63,697 nt of DNA from assembly GCF_001194135.2 (NCBI RefSeq), contig NC_068984.1:32521397-32585093 (forward strand), in the 5' to 3' direction. The position numbers and the translations under genes were made by a program. The notes below the pieces were generated by a model. That model searched no databases and was not told where the DNA came from. It worked only from the letters and a program-made list of their open reading frames with translations. Source of the DNA: Octopus bimaculoides (Eukaryota). This document shows positions 9,661 through 23,222 of the stretch, piece by piece (positions within the stretch are counted from its first letter, which is position 1; each line of letters begins with the position of its first letter).

Positions 9661-12248
9661 TCAATATTTCAGAGTTGCTGATATCCCGAGCAAGTTGCTT
9701 TAATTCAAGCTTCTGGAGTTTCCTTTCCGTCCAAAAAAAAAAAAAAAAAAACATCAATAATTCACACTATGGCCTGAGGGTGTTTCATCATGCTACCAGC
9801 ACCATCAAGAATATCTGCAAGAACTAAATCATTCCTCCTACATTGTGTCAGTTTTTCAGAGTTTTGATGCCCTATAGATGTGGATTTTACAGAAGCATAC
9901 AAAGTTCAAATATTGCTTGCATCTTTCTACAATGCTACAAATAAGGTCGGGTGCTGTAATATGTGACTTTGTGGTTGGGAAGTAAGTTCTCAGTCACATA
10001 AAATTCCCTGTGCCCATATGCACAATTCCTCACAGATCCATATACAATACATGTTTGAAGATCTAATGTGAAATCAGTCAAATGTATTCGTATGTCTAAA
10101 AGTCTAATTAAATCTCAATTAATTTTAATATATTCTGTCCATTTTCGACTTCATTTCTCCTTTCACTTGTTTAAATTAATATTGATTTGTCCATTAATAT
10201 ATATCTTATACATAAATTACAATTTCTGTCTGTTACTATCTTGCTGCCTATACCAATGAACCAATCTGGACAAAACTTTGCATACATGTTAAACTAACAT
10301 CTACTTCAATTATAGGCTGATTAGATTTCAATAAAAATCTACAATTGGCCTTCTAATGAGGTTGGGCTATTGTTTGATAAAATGAGAAGGGTGCAAAGAG
10401 TGTTAGAGTGAGAGAAATATGGTGGCATAGTGAGTGTGGATGATATCAGAGAAGGGGAGAACAGCGTTGTGTAAGCACTCACACAGACACACATATACAT
10501 ATATATACATACATACGTGTCTACTATACACCATTTTAAACTTGTGATTACCTATGCCTGTTTGTAAATGTGCATGTGTGTGTGTGTGTCTGTGTTTGTG
10601 CAAGTGTCTCTCAACTTTTGTAGGGTCTTCTCTGTCACATATTGTGATATTTTAAAATTACATCAAAATTTTCAAATTTGGTATATTGAAATAATTTTCC
10701 ACATTAGATTCAATTTTGTTATTTATTTGTTCCAGAAAAATTGCAGAAAAATGTTACTGAGGTTTAAAGTTTAATTAATTTTACCTAATCAGAAAACTAG
10801 CTTTGGAAGCTGGCAATTTCTGCATGATAGTTGTCTATCACAAAAGGAAAGCAAGATCATTACAAGGAGGAATTTTTATTGAGCAAAAGAAAGCAAAGCA
10901 TTACGATGACCAAAGTTGTAAAAACTTCTAAAGTTCAAATGAATAATGTCATGTGAAATGGTCGAACACACATGTAAATAATTTAGAAAGGAAAAATAAA
11001 CCCTCAACAAAGTTTTTTGTGAAAAATTGCACAATTCTGCCCTGATCAAGAGGACTATCTGTTGGTGAAGGCATTGTCTAACAGAGAATTAACAAAAATT
11101 TATATACAACGTTTTATTACAAAAATTGCCCAGCAACAATAGGCTCTTCAGTTAGTANNNNNNNNNNNNNNNNNNNNNNNNNNNNNNNNNNNNNNNNNNN
11201 NNNNNNNNNNNNNNNNNNNNNNNNNNNNNNNNNNNNNNNNNNNNNNNNNNNNNNNNNNNNNNNNNNNNNNNNNNNNNNNNNNNNNNNNNNNNNNNNNNNN
11301 NNNNNNNNNNNNNNNNNNNNNNNNNNNNNNNNNNNNNNNNNNNNNNNNNNNNNNNNNNNNNNNNNNNNNNNNNNNNNNNNNNNNNNNNNNNNNNNNNNNN
11401 NNNNNNNNNNNNNNNNNNNNNNNNNNNNNNNNNNNNNNNNNNNNNNNNNNNNNNNNNNNNNNNNNNNNNNNNNNNNNNNNNNNNNNNNNNNNNNNNNNNN
11501 NNNNNNNNNNNNNNNNNNNNNNNNNNNNNNNNNNNNNNNNNNNNNNNNNNNNNNNNNNNNNNNNNNNNNNNNNNNNNNNNNNNNNNNNNNNNNNNNNNNN
11601 NNNNNNNNNNNNNNNNNNNNNNNNNNNNNNNNNNNNNNNNNNNNNNNNNNNNNNNNNNNNNNATATATATACATATATATATATATATGCATGTGTTTGC
11701 ATATTCAGAAATGAGATGACTGGTCACATGTGTTTAGATGGTGGTAATTTGGTACGGTAGGCTGGATATTAAACTTGTTTTGGTGATGGCATTTTTTGGC
11801 AGCAATACTTTTTGGCACTGAAAGCAAACACACACATATACACATCCAGAAACAAAAATATATGCATACAGACATTAAAGTGAGGGAGAAAGACAGACAG
11901 AGGGAGTGATGTTCTTGTAGCAATCAGGGCATTTAATGCATCATAATGTTTTCTTTCTCTTTCTATGAATTTTCTGCTCACAATGCCAAAATTAAATTCA
12001 CTGCCAGTCTGTTTACTTTGTCAGAGATATATATAAATCCATTGTTAGAAAATTTTTCGTTCCATGTTTCATCAATATTTTATCAGCCATCGTATGTATA
12101 AAGTAAAGAAGAAAGCTAAATGAAGTTAGGTAATACAGTAGTTTAATAGTTGTGTCTACAAATGATTACAAAATCTTCATAGTACCAGAAGGTATGCGTG
12201 TATACACACACACACACATGCATGCATACATACATATGTATATATACA

Positions 12249-12305
<57 letters not shown>

Positions 12306-13394
12306 GTGTGTATATGTATATATATATATATGTATATATGTGTATATGTATGTGTATATATATGTGTGTATGTATATATATATGTATGTATATATATATA
12401 TATGTGTGTGTGTGTATATATATGTATATGTATGTGTATATTGTAAATAACAAGGTAGTCAGATGTTGAATGATTATATATAAGTTTATTTACATTTTGA
12501 ATGCTTTCTTCCCTTATCGGATTTATCAAAAGAGTGGTCTACAGTAAGTTTGCTTTGCCTTTTTATATGAAATTGAAACTGATGATGTTTTAGAAAGAGC
12601 GGGAGAGGGAGAAGAACAAATTAGAAAGGAAGGTGCAGGAGTGAGAGAGGAAGAGAGAGAGGAAGAGAGAGAGGGAGATAGGGAAGATAGAGAAGAGAAA
12701 CGAAAGTAGAAGTGTGTTTGGGGTGTTTGCATTCGAAGAGAAAAGAAAGAAGTAAAAAGTTTGAGAGGGAGGGGAAAGTGGTCAAACTTGTTTGATTAGG
12801 ATTCAATATTTTTTTTTTTTCTGTAATTTCAGCTCAGAGCTGTGGTCATGTTGCTTTTTTGTATTTAGTGACCTTTTGGGTGCAGAAGAAAAGGTATTTT
12901 TGCATTCAAGTGGTCAAAGTTTTTAATTGGAAAACCAGATGTTGTTTTTGATTTTCTCCAGTAAGTATTATAATTACATTTCAAGGTCTTGTTTTTAATT
13001 CTTTTCCATTCATAAATGTAAGAGTGGGAGAATGGTTGTAAGGATGTGGGCAAATTTTTTTAAATTGAAACTCCAGATGTTGTTTTTTATTTAGCCCTGT
13101 ATGGCTATGCTTTGGAAAGAGTCGATTTTAAGTAAGTAAAGTTATGATTTTAAATAAAATCTGAAAATAGTTGGGAAAGTGTTTCCTTAATTATACTAGT
13201 AGAGAGCTGTGAGTGCCTGATGACATTCTAAGGGCTAGGTGTCTATCCCTGTATTTTCTTTACCCAAGACTGCAGCTCCATCAAAGAGAAGATCTGCAGA
13301 AGGTAGAGCCTCACAAATGGAGCCCATACATGCTCACCATCCAGAAATTGTTGCAGGTGGCATAATCTAAGAGCATGTCTGTACGTTAGGAGTG

Positions 13395-14060
13395 ATAAGT
13401 ACAGATTTTGTGGACAAAATGGTGAAATCGTATGGCATATTACCAGTCAATGTATGCCACTAGCCCAGAAAGAATATAAGAGATATCAAGACAATATAGC
13501 AAGGATTGTCTATTGGGCACTTTGCAGCATGGACTTGACAGAGCAACAATCTGGTGCAAACATACACCCGAAGGCATCATCAAAAATGATAATGCAAAGA
13601 TCCTATGGGATTTGATAATTCAGTGCGACCATGATATAGAGAATAGGAAACCAGACATAAGTGTTAATTGAGAAAGAAAGCAAATGATGCTAGATCATAG
13701 ATATAGCATGTTCAGCTGACAACAAGGTATGCAATAAGGAAGAAAGAATAGTCGATAGATATGACAGGTTAGCTTGGGAGGCTAAGTATCTGTGGTTACT
13801 GGAAAAAGTGGTAGTAGTACCAAGAATTGTTGGAGCCCTGGAAACAATGAGTAAAAGTCTTGAGAAGTACATGGAACAAATAAGGGCTGCAATAAGTGTG
13901 GAGCACTAGCAGAAAACAGCACTGCTTGGAACCGCTCGAATACTCTGGATGGTGCTCGAAAAATCAGAGGTGTTACCTTAGTTCACTGGTAGTGAACAGC
14001 TGACACTGTAGTACATCTCCAGCGTTAGAAGCTGTGCAAAGACAATGAAATAATAATAAT
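13395..14060 (+). mobile_element. 3' end of an R4/Dong-like (RLE-type) non-LTR retrotransposon with (TAA)n tail
   Basis: Decayed translation WHITSQCMPLAQKEYKR..DNIARIVYWALC...KILWDLIIQCDHDIENRKPDI...IIDIAC...VVVVP.IVGAL...QKTALLGTARIL: zinc-knuckle end plus the RKPD...IID restriction-like endonuclease motif, then a 3' UTR and AATAATAATAAT. Confidence 0.8.
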
Positions 14061-14063
14061 GAA

Positions 14064-14275
14064 AATGGTTTCAAATTTTGGCACAAGGCCAGCAATTTCG
14101 GAGGAGGAGTTAATTGATTACAACAGCTACAGTGCTTGACTTGTCCTTATTTTATCAACCTCAGAAGGATGAAAGACAAAGTCAACCTCGGCAGAATTTG
14201 AACTCAAAACATAAAAACATGATATGCTGCTAAGCATTTTGCCCTGTGTGCTAATAATTCTGCGAGCTCGCTGCC

Positions 14276-14278
<3 letters not shown>
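14064..14278 (-). mobile_element. SINE family A (full length), head abutting (AAT)n
   Basis: Reverse complement reads TAAGGCAGCGAGCTCGCAGAA...GAGTTCAAATTCTGCCGAGGTTGACTTTG...GGCCTTGTGCCAAAATTTGAAACC. Confidence 0.85.
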
Positions 14279-14315
<37 letters not shown>

Positions 14316-15119
14316 TAATGATATTGATAATTATAATAATAAATAAATAAATATTTCTCAATTTAGCAATAAATTTGAAAACATTTTATTGCTCAATACT
14401 TGACATCATGTCTGGAATCCATCTCAGACTTTTTATCAATAAAATCAAATAAAGTGTAATCAGTATCAACACTTGAAACTAACCATATAATAATTACAGG
14501 AAGAAAATTTTAAAAAGAAATTTCTTTGCAAAGTTTAAATTATTTTTGAGACAAAATTACCCGAATATCATCAGTAATGTTGTCACTGTTAGTACAGCTG
14601 TCATCATTGCTTACACATCCAGTGGCATATAATTGTTATTTAACTGCACGTCATTTATGACCTTGCACACCTAGGATCAAAGGTGTTCCAATTATGACAA
14701 ATATCTATTCTTTTGAATGTCTAATATGCATCGTGGACAACATTTCTTATGTGGTCTTTCTTTATAGAAGGAGACATGACTACTATTTCTAGCATATCAA
14801 GCATCCGTGCAGAAAGTTTTACTTTGGCTTGCTGTTGTTTATGTGGGTCTGTATAGCACTGTTTTTAAAGCAACATTATATGGGCTACATACATTATATC
14901 ATAGCTTGATATTCTGTGCACTGAGATTCCGATTGACAAACCCTTGATACTAAATATGGTATTAACATTCATGGTATGCAAATGAGTAGCCCCAGTTTCC
15001 TTTAGCTACTGAAATTGTTCAGTATATAAACAAATTTGCAGTTTCAGTTTCTGGGATTAGTCAAATTGATGTAGATACTCCTGATCAAGGCTGCTTATGA
15101 TATTTCTTTAGTTTACAGA

Positions 15120-15497
15120 AGAATAGCTAAAATAGCCCTGTTCATAATATTACTATATAAGTTACATATAATCTCTGGGCCTGCTGGTCTATAAAATGAC
15201 TTCTATTCATGCAAGTCTGTAAAATAGATTCTAGTATGTCCATACAAGTTTGTAATATACCCTCTATCTTTGTAGGTTGTACAACATAGCCTACATATAC
15301 TTGTTTCTTAGATAACCTGTGTTCAAACTAGTCTGTAAAATAGCTTTTATCTATGTTACTTGGTAGTATAGCTTACAGTGAGGGTGTGCATTATAGACTC
15401 TTTCTTTGCTCAGCCAGCCTCTATCCATGCTGGTCTGCAAAATAGCCTGAATATACTATTAAATTAAAGCTTCTATCCATAATGCAGCCTAGTTATT
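15120..15497. repeat. Degenerate minisatellite of roughly 28-30 bp (about CTCTATCCATGCTGGTCTGTAAAATAGC), resuming near 16150-16215
   Basis: Recurring GTCT(G/A)TAAAATAG and CTATCCATGCTGGTC motifs. Confidence 0.5.
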
Positions 15498-15505
15498 GTC
15501 TAGTG

Positions 15506-16033
15506 CAGGGGTCACCAAACTACAGCCCGTGAGGTCAGTTCATCTGGCCTGCCACTGCCACACTGTACCTTTTGTGTAAGTACCTGCAATGAGAGTTCAT
15601 TTACCTCTGGTATGGCATCAGTGTTTGGAACAACTTTTGTCTCAGAGCAAACATTTTCAAAAATGAAGTATGTGAACTCAGTACATCGAACAAGGTTCAC
15701 TGATGAACATTTAAAAGCAATCCTCTTGGTTGGATGCAGCAAATCCAAAGCAAATATTGATGATATCTTCAACGCTAAACACCAGTTTCACAAATCTCAC
15801 TAACCTTTTTTGTTGCTTAGTTTGGGAGATTCAGATACGTGCACACTGGGTGTCATATAACTATCTTATTGCCAATATCAACTTCTTTAATAACATTTTG
15901 GTAAATAAATGTGGGCTGTCTTTATGTTTTGTTTAATCACTGTATTATATTGAACAAAATAGTTATATAGCCCCGTGCTCATCATTCTGTAAGTTATGTA
16001 GCCTGCTGCAAAAAAAGGTTTAGTGACCCCCTG
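15506..16033 (+). mobile_element. Non-autonomous hAT (Charlie/SPIN/Buster-type) element with transposase C-terminal remnant
   Basis: TIRs CAGGGGTCACCAAAC / GTTTAGTGACCCCCTG; perfect 8-bp TSD GTCTAGTG (15498-15505 and 16034-16041); ORF 15612-15803 MASVFGTTFVSEQTFSKMKYVNSVHRTRFTDEHL matches the hAT dimerisation domain. Confidence 0.92.
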
Positions 16034-17321
16034 GTCTAGTGGTTAGAGGGTTGATTTTGCTCCTCTTCAACGAGATCCAGGTGGAACATCTCTCTACTGT
16101 CTCTGATATTATCTTTAGGGCAATATGACTTCTTTCCACACTGGTCAATTATATTGTCTATCCCTATTGTTCTGTAATGTAGCCTTTCCATGCTGGTCAT
16201 CAATATAGCTTTTATGCCTACATCTTGATCAGTGACACACAATGTTATCAGATATGGTCTACTCTAACTCAGAAGTAGTCCTTCAACTTTTGACTACTCC
16301 TAAAATTGATCATTATAAATTTTATCAAATTCCTTTTCATTCAGTCTTTATCATCTATTTGCAATACATCTCCTTAGCCAACGAATAAGACTTTTCAGTT
16401 GCTTGGTGTGCTTGAGATAGAAATAGAAGCCAAATCTCACATGAACCACACTCTACAAGATTAGGGAAGAGATATTGCACAATATGGTCTTTGATACTCA
16501 AAAATGGGATGGTCATAAATGGAAAACATTTGATCATAGGTCTGCTCAAACAGGATTAATGTGAAACTAGATTATACCAAAATCACCATCAGTAACATTG
16601 TGTTACCAGTATTTTCCTAATTCTTGTTATGCATACATTGGACTATTTTATTGTTTCTGGACCATTCTTATAACTCACACTAGATTTTACACATAAATTA
16701 ACAATCATGATATTCTTAAACAAAATGTGTGAGTGAACAAACATCCTGACAAAAATTAATGAAGCAGATTTGAATATATTATAAAGTAAATACCAACTGG
16801 GATGTAATTAATCAAATTAGTCAAGAAACTAAATTTGTTTAGTTGTTAAAATTGATTGATATATATATATATATATATACATCAATAGTGTCTCACACAC
16901 AGACTCAGCTTCTTTCTAATGTATTCATATATAAATATACTGCTCACTTATGCAATAAGCACATTTCAAGTACATAATAAGATACATAGAGGGAAATTGT
17001 TTGGTTTTCATATCTTTAGAAAGATAAATGTTAGTGAGGTAAGAATATTAAATTGTCTCTCACCTAGGAAAGAAGATCAAGTCATAGAATTGACTTGCAG
17101 AGAGGCAACATTCTCTCTGTTTGTCTGCCTCTGTCTGTCTGTCTCTCTCTGTCTCTGTCTGTCTGTCTCTCTATTTCTCTCTCTTTCTCTCTTCCCTCTC
17201 TCTCCAATACACATTTGCCAGATCATGAAAATTTATTAATTGAAATTCTTCTAGTATTTACTATAATGAGATAAACAAGATATTCTTTTAGGTTTGATAA
17301 ATAAAAAGCCAGTCATTGTCA

Positions 17322-17440
17322 CCATCATCATCATCATCCTTTAAAATCTTTTTCCATGCTGGCATGTGTTTAACGGTTTGGCAAGAGTTGAGAAGCTGAA
17401 GAGCTGCACCAGACCCAAATAAACAAGCCAAGGTAAAACA
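17322..17440 (-). mobile_element. Family C / RTE 3' end with (ATG)n tail
   Basis: CATCATCATCCTTTAA..TTTCCATGCTGGCATG, adjacent to the RTE fragment. Confidence 0.6.
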
Positions 17441-17760
17441 ACCTTTCTACTACTTCTAATGATCCTCTCAGACATTTGAGGGAGTTTATTTTCTGTACAT
17501 TTTTAGTGTTTATTTTACCCACACATTTGCTACACACAAAGACTACTTTCTTTGTTAATCTTCCTCTGATATGTCTACACCTCTTATTTTTCCATAGCAT
17601 GCACTGGGTACACCATGTAGAATTTTTACCTATACCCTTTCTACACACTGAGCAGAGCCATTTCTCTGAAGTGATTAGTAATTTGTCTGTTTTCCCCACT
17701 GTAATATAAATCTTTGCATATTTTAATTACATTTTGCCTCCTATATTTCCCTGTCTTTTA
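17441..17760 (-). mobile_element. RTE-clade LINE fragment with Cys-rich PHD-like segment
   Basis: KWLCSVCRKGIGKNSTWCTQCMLWKNKRC...FVCSKC...LEVVERLFYLG; the LEVVxxFxYLG motif is typical of the LINE post-RT region. Confidence 0.8.
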
Positions 17761-18337
17761 TTATGTTTCACTTTAAGGAAGAAATTTCAAAACCATTTCT
17801 TGAGAATCCTTCCTTTCAGTTATTTTAAATCATAATTTGGTAGTTAAGAATGTTCTTTTATTTTTAATTATTTTTGCTGATTAACATTGGTAAAAAGAAT
17901 CTAAAAATTGAGCAATCAATGAAGCATTGAACATGTTTATCTTCAAATTTAACTCTAACTTCTTCCAATCAATACAGATGGAATTCATTGTTACCAATAT
18001 TTGTTACCATACAGTATCATATTTCTGAAACACACCCAGTCTGATGTTATATTGCTGTATTGTGAAGCTGACTTTTATTAAGTGTTTCACAAAATGTTTC
18101 ATTGTAGTTGGATTGTAACTTCTTTTTTATCTTTTGGCCAATCCTAATCTACAAAAATAACTCATAACTAAAAATAAAAAAAACAATAACCAAAGTCTAA
18201 TTCATGATTAAAATAAATGAGTGGAGAGCTTCCTCACGAAAGAGGTTTGAAATTTCTTCCTTAGAAAAAACAAAATGGAAAATATACCAGTTAGAAAATT
18301 GAAAACAAAACCACAAATTTTTATACATTTCAAAGGT

Positions 18338-18489
18338 ATGACTGGATGGTTGAGAAGCTTGCTTTGGAACCATGTGATTTCAAATTCAGCCCCACTGCAT
18401 GGCACTTTATGTAAGAATCATCTACTATAGCCCCAAGCCAACCAAAGTCTTGTAAGTGAATTTGGTGGACAGAATCTGTGTGGAAACCT

Positions 18490-18492
<3 letters not shown>
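18338..18492 (+). mobile_element. SINE family B head
   Basis: GAAGCTTGCTT..AACCATGTG...TCTACTATAGCCC...GTGAATTTGGTGGACAGAA. Confidence 0.75.
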
Positions 18493-18557
<65 letters not shown>

Positions 18558-18694
18558 CGAACATACATACACACACATATATACATATGTCTTTGTGTGT
18601 GTGTATTTATATATATATGTGTGTGTGTGTGTACATAAGAAATAAGTAAAAAATAATGGTCATTACATATTCTTCTTCTGTTAGAGCAGATTTG

Positions 18695-18815
18695 GCTTAC
18701 AGCTGTTTCCAGTTGTCATTATAGGTACATTACTGATAGATTTACTCAATTGGTCTATTGATCAATTGAAGCAAATTGAATGACCTGAGAAAATTTATGC
18801 TACTTTCATCAGAAC
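18695..18815 (-). ncRNA. Decayed hammerhead-like motif with long stem II insert
   Basis: Minus strand reads GTT-CTGATGA-[about 96 nt]-GAA-ACAGCTGT-A-AGC. Core and palindromic stem III are intact; stems I and II are weak. Confidence 0.4.
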
Positions 18816-19940
18816 AATTTGTTGGTTATAACAAGCAGCACAGTTGCTTTTTACGTGTCACTAGCACAGATGTGTGTGTGTGTGTGTACACAACACACAC
18901 ATGCATGAACACACACACACACATACATGCGTTCACACATGCACACACACACACACACACATGTGTGTGTATTATGTTTTTATTAGTGCTTGTGTTTGAC
19001 CCCATCACTGCTTGACAGTGATGAAGTTATTTTACTAAATTCTTAGTTATTTTCGAAATTAACTGGAACAAAGACAATACATTTCAATAGAAACATGGTA
19101 ACAAAAGGGGTTAATATACTATGTCATTGTTGTATTTATTTTGAAAGTATATAATTTTAATATTTTAATTGATATATCTTTAACATGTGAATGTGTGTAA
19201 GAGAAAGACGAGGTGAGTAAAAAAGGAAAAAATGACTTGCTCTCTGCAAGTCAATTCTCTGTCTCGGTTGTCTTTCCTAGGTGGGGTAATTTAAAATTCT
19301 AATATAACACCGATATCTTTATAAAGGTATGAAGATCAAATAATCTCTGTCCATGCATGATATTACATACATTAAATGTTGTGCTTATTGTTTATGTTTA
19401 TGTATAAATACATATGAAAAAAGTATGAGCAGGTGAGTGAGACAACAATGATGAGTATACCTCAATCAATTTTAACAGCTAAACAAATTCAGATTTTTGT
19501 TTTATTTAATTAATGATACTTTGATTGTTATTTACTTTATAAGTTATGAAAATCTGCTTCATGATTTTTATAAAAATGCCGTTTCTGTCACACTTTACAT
19601 TTAAGTGTATCATATATTTGATTGTATAATATAAAAGAAATATAAACATTTGCACTTCATTAAAGTATATATATGTGTAAGTGTTTGCACATCTTTGTGT
19701 AAGTATATGTGTCTATCAACTTAGATTTGGGTATCTCAAATATTGGTAGCTAACATAATGTCCATATTAATTATTTCATTTGTTTATTAAGGCATAGCAA
19801 TTATAATTATCATTTTCGAAATGTATGCTAATGTATTGAATACCATGTTGGTTTGGAAATCAGAAAACCTCACTCTTGCTAGTTTGCTTGTTATAAGCTT
19901 TTCTTATGTTTCCAAGCATTAAATGCTATTTATCATCTAG

Positions 19941-20083
19941 AAATTGCAATTGGTGGAAAGCCAACCCTTACATTATACAGAGGATTAGTAAACAGTATGT
20001 GCAGTGATAATCTGGAAGCAATCAAAGACATCGATACGGACAATCACAGTAGTCTATTTTGGAGAACTTTAAAGTTAGAGATG
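19941..20083 (+). CDS. Putative internal exon (EIAIGGKPTLTLYRGLVNSMCSDNLEAIKDIDTDNHSSLFWRTLKLEM)
   Basis: Acceptor TATTTATCATCTAG, 47 open codons ending exactly at a canonical donor ATG|GTAAGC; non-repetitive sequence; phase 1 to 0. Confidence 0.55.
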
Positions 20084-20284
20084 GTAAGCTTTTCTAAATT
20101 CCTTGAGTTGATAGTGCTAATGAAGGGCTTTATTTCAAGAAAATCTCTATAAGCATGGTTGCATTGGAGCTGCCAACTATCAAACTTGTCTAAGACGAGT
20201 TTCCAGAATCCCTTTGGGAGTCAATAAAATATAATGCCAGTCAAGTATAGGAGTCACTTTAAACAGCCAATCTGTACCCCCAGA

Positions 20285-20400
20285 TTTCTTCTTCTTCTTC
20301 TTCTTCTTCTTCTTCTTCTTCTTCTTCTTCTTCTTCTTCTTCTTCTTCTTCTTCTTCTTCTTCTTCTTCTTCTTCTTCTTCTTCTTCTTCTTCTTCTTCT
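20285..20400. repeat. (TTC)n microsatellite
   Basis: Direct. Confidence 0.95.
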
Positions 20401-20600
20401 CGTCATTGTCATCATCATCATTATTATATTTTCTGTATTTCACTTTTTAATCTTTCGTTATATCCTTACTGTTGTGGCTTTCCTTTTGATTAATATAAAC
20501 CCCACCATTTCATGTCTTGCATTTCATTCTTTGATGTCGTCTTTAATGTCCTGTGTCCTTGAAGCCAAAAAGAGAAGTAGCCATTATTATCATAATTATT

Positions 20601-20699
20601 AAGGCAGCAAGCTAGCAGAATCGTTAGCATGCTGGGTAAAATGCTTAGCAGTATTTTGTCTGTCTTCATGTTCTGAGTTCAAATACCACCAAGGTCGAT
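20601..20699 (+). mobile_element. SINE family A head (3'-truncated)
   Basis: TAAGGCAGCAAGCTAGCAGAATCGTTAGC...GTTCTGAGTTCAAATACC. Confidence 0.8.
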
Positions 20700-20719
20700 C
20701 ATCTCTTAATTCAGTAAAC

Positions 20720-22520
20720 TGAAATCATCACTTTTGTGAGATTCTCATTTCTCCATCACAAAGAGTTCTACACTCTGAATTACCAAATTCCATTCTGATG
20801 TCATTGATAAACACTCCCTTATTAATGAGAAGTATTTTCAATTCTTTCTCGGTTTTGTCATATACTTCCAGAAAATGGTTTCCTATCTTCTAGTCACTTC
20901 CTAGACTATAATCTAGCTTTTACTTTTTTTAATTTTGAGGAAAGTGTGATAAAAGTAATGGCAAACAGTAAACTGATAAGCTATCATTTTGGAACTTACA
21001 TCAATCCATTTTGACTTTTCCGAATGGATTTCCTCTGGCTGAAGATGTTTGCTATGTTTAGTCATGTCAGTTTGATGATGTTAGGTTGCAAATCTGAGCA
21101 TTTTAAGTATCTTGACAATCCCAAAATAGGAGACCATGTTAGTTCTTTTCGTTTTTGTTTTTTTTATGGGCGATCTGTCCCATTGCTAAACTGTTCTGTC
21201 TCATTTTTTAGTTAATTACTCTTCTTGTTAATTGGTACTTTGTTTCTCTTGAATTTCACCAGCATCATTTCTGTTAATTAGGAAGTAGGCTACATTCTTG
21301 TAAGTGTATATAGATCTTATTTGCAAGCTTACTTGTAGCATTTTCTACTTGTATTTCATAATATAAGTTAGCTTGCCTTTATCATCAAATTTGGGACACA
21401 TCCACTCCAAAGACATTCAATTGATAATGTAGCCAGTACTTTCATGGGTGTATCTATAAACTTCTAACCAAACCTTTGTAGTTTGTCTAACCCGAGTGCC
21501 TTCTGTTACGTACTTTGGAAATTCCTTTTGCAATGAGCTTTGGAGTGATAGATCTGTCAACCTGTTTCTTTACTATTCTTAATTCATTATCTATTACTAT
21601 CCACCATTTACCTTACTGAGGGTATCTTTCTTGCTTTATATATCACTTCAAAACTCTGAATCTCATGATTCATTGTTATGTCATTTTACTCCTTCCAGTT
21701 TTTCAAAGAATCCCTCCTGATTATTTTAAATCAACGTGTTTTGCTGAAACTTGTCTATTCTATTCTCATATCATTTTGTCTTAGCTGTCTTTTTGGTCAT
21801 TCTTTGCTTCAGTTCAATTACAATATTCATTCATATGACAAAGAAAATACGAAGCAAAGAAGAAGAGATTCTTCTTTGCTTCATATTTTCCTTCTAATAT
21901 TTAAATGACTCTTTCTTACTTTTCAAGGTGTTTGTCCATTCTTGACTTATCTGCCTTGCAGACAACTTATTTTGATACTACTCCTGTTACAGCATTACAT
22001 GTATTATTTACCACTAGGAGAGAAGTATGTAGCACATATCCTAATAATATTGTCAATTTCTTTCGTCTTTTTCTTTCTCTTCATTCCATTATATCCCACT
22101 TCTATGGTTAGCAAGCTTTTCTTATTATTTTGTTGAAGTTCATCTAATATTTTGATCATTAAATCTATTTCCTTGCCATCCTTACAATTCTGTCACATTC
22201 TCGACTTTATTTTCTCTCTACCCAAGTCAGTGCTTTCTTTCCTTTGATAATTTGCTATTTTCCCTTTCTCAAAACTTCATTCACTTATATTATCTTCATC
22301 ATCACTGCTGTCTCCCATTGGGTTTTATATTTCCTCTTTAGCTTTTCCTAATTCAGGGTATGATAGATAACCATAATATTTTATAGAGCATACCTGCCCT
22401 TCCAATTTCTGTTCTGTCCCTAGAAACATGCCTATCTCATTCCAAATCACTTTTCCTCTCTTATTCTGTTTACTCATAAAGAAACATTTCATTTCTAGCC
22501 CGTTCAGTTCCTTCATCTAG
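20720..22520 (-). mobile_element. Heavily decayed non-LTR retrotransposon (endonuclease to RT remnants), clade uncertain
   Basis: Minus-strand remnants VYDKTEKELKILLINKGVFINDIRMEFGNSEC (resembles post-YADD LYAK..EL..LL....F..DIGMEFG..KC) and K*DLYTL..*PTS*LTE (resembles KGD...NYRPISL). Confidence 0.5.
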
Positions 22521-23222
22521 ATGGTTTAAACCATTTTCTTTTTTCTTCCTAACTTAGAAGTTAGATATTTTCTTTTAACTAAACTAGAGGGTTTGGTCTT
22601 ACTTGTACTATTGGGATGCCAACTAATATAGACTAGCCTCTGCATCATCTGTCAGTGGCCCCAGCAGCTTCAGCTTTACAGCCTTCACTTCCAGTTTTGA
22701 GGTTATTTATAATATTATTTATTTCCATTCATGATGTTAGTATATTGAGGTAACACTAATGGATTTTATTGAAATACTACCTCTATGATGATCGCAAGCC
22801 AAAGCTGAAGAGGACCTTTATACCCATGTAAGAGATTTAACCCTACAAGAGGCCATCTCAGCATATTCAAGTCTCAAGGTAAATTTTAAGGAAGCACTAG
22901 CACTGATAGATCATCTATAATACGGTGCCACAACAGGCTAATAAGGCCCGTAAGAGGACTAGCATCACCAAAGGCCGGCTTAGTCATTTTTAATTCAGGC
23001 TAATTGCTATTATTATCCCTACCAGTAACAACAACAGCAACAATAACAAAGGTACTACTTGGATGGGCATGTTCTGCAAGCAGTCTAAATAGAAACTCAC
23101 TGAGGTTGCTTGGTGGGACTGCTGGTTTTGTCACCAAGTACTTGACACAGGATGATGTTCTCACTTCTTCTGCTGCCCTTGCTTCAGGGAAATTGAGGTT
23201 GCTATTTGCTATGAGTAGTGGC

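Noticed and set aside
10793-10930. Open frame KLALEAGNFCMIVVYHKRKARSLQGGIFIEQKKAKHYDDQSCKNF* after an acceptor
   Set aside because: No good donor, and joining it to the 9168 candidate creates TGA.
19020-19111. Possible piggyBac-like MITE end (...AAAAGGGGTTAA)
   Set aside because: Only one end is visible; no matching TIR found.
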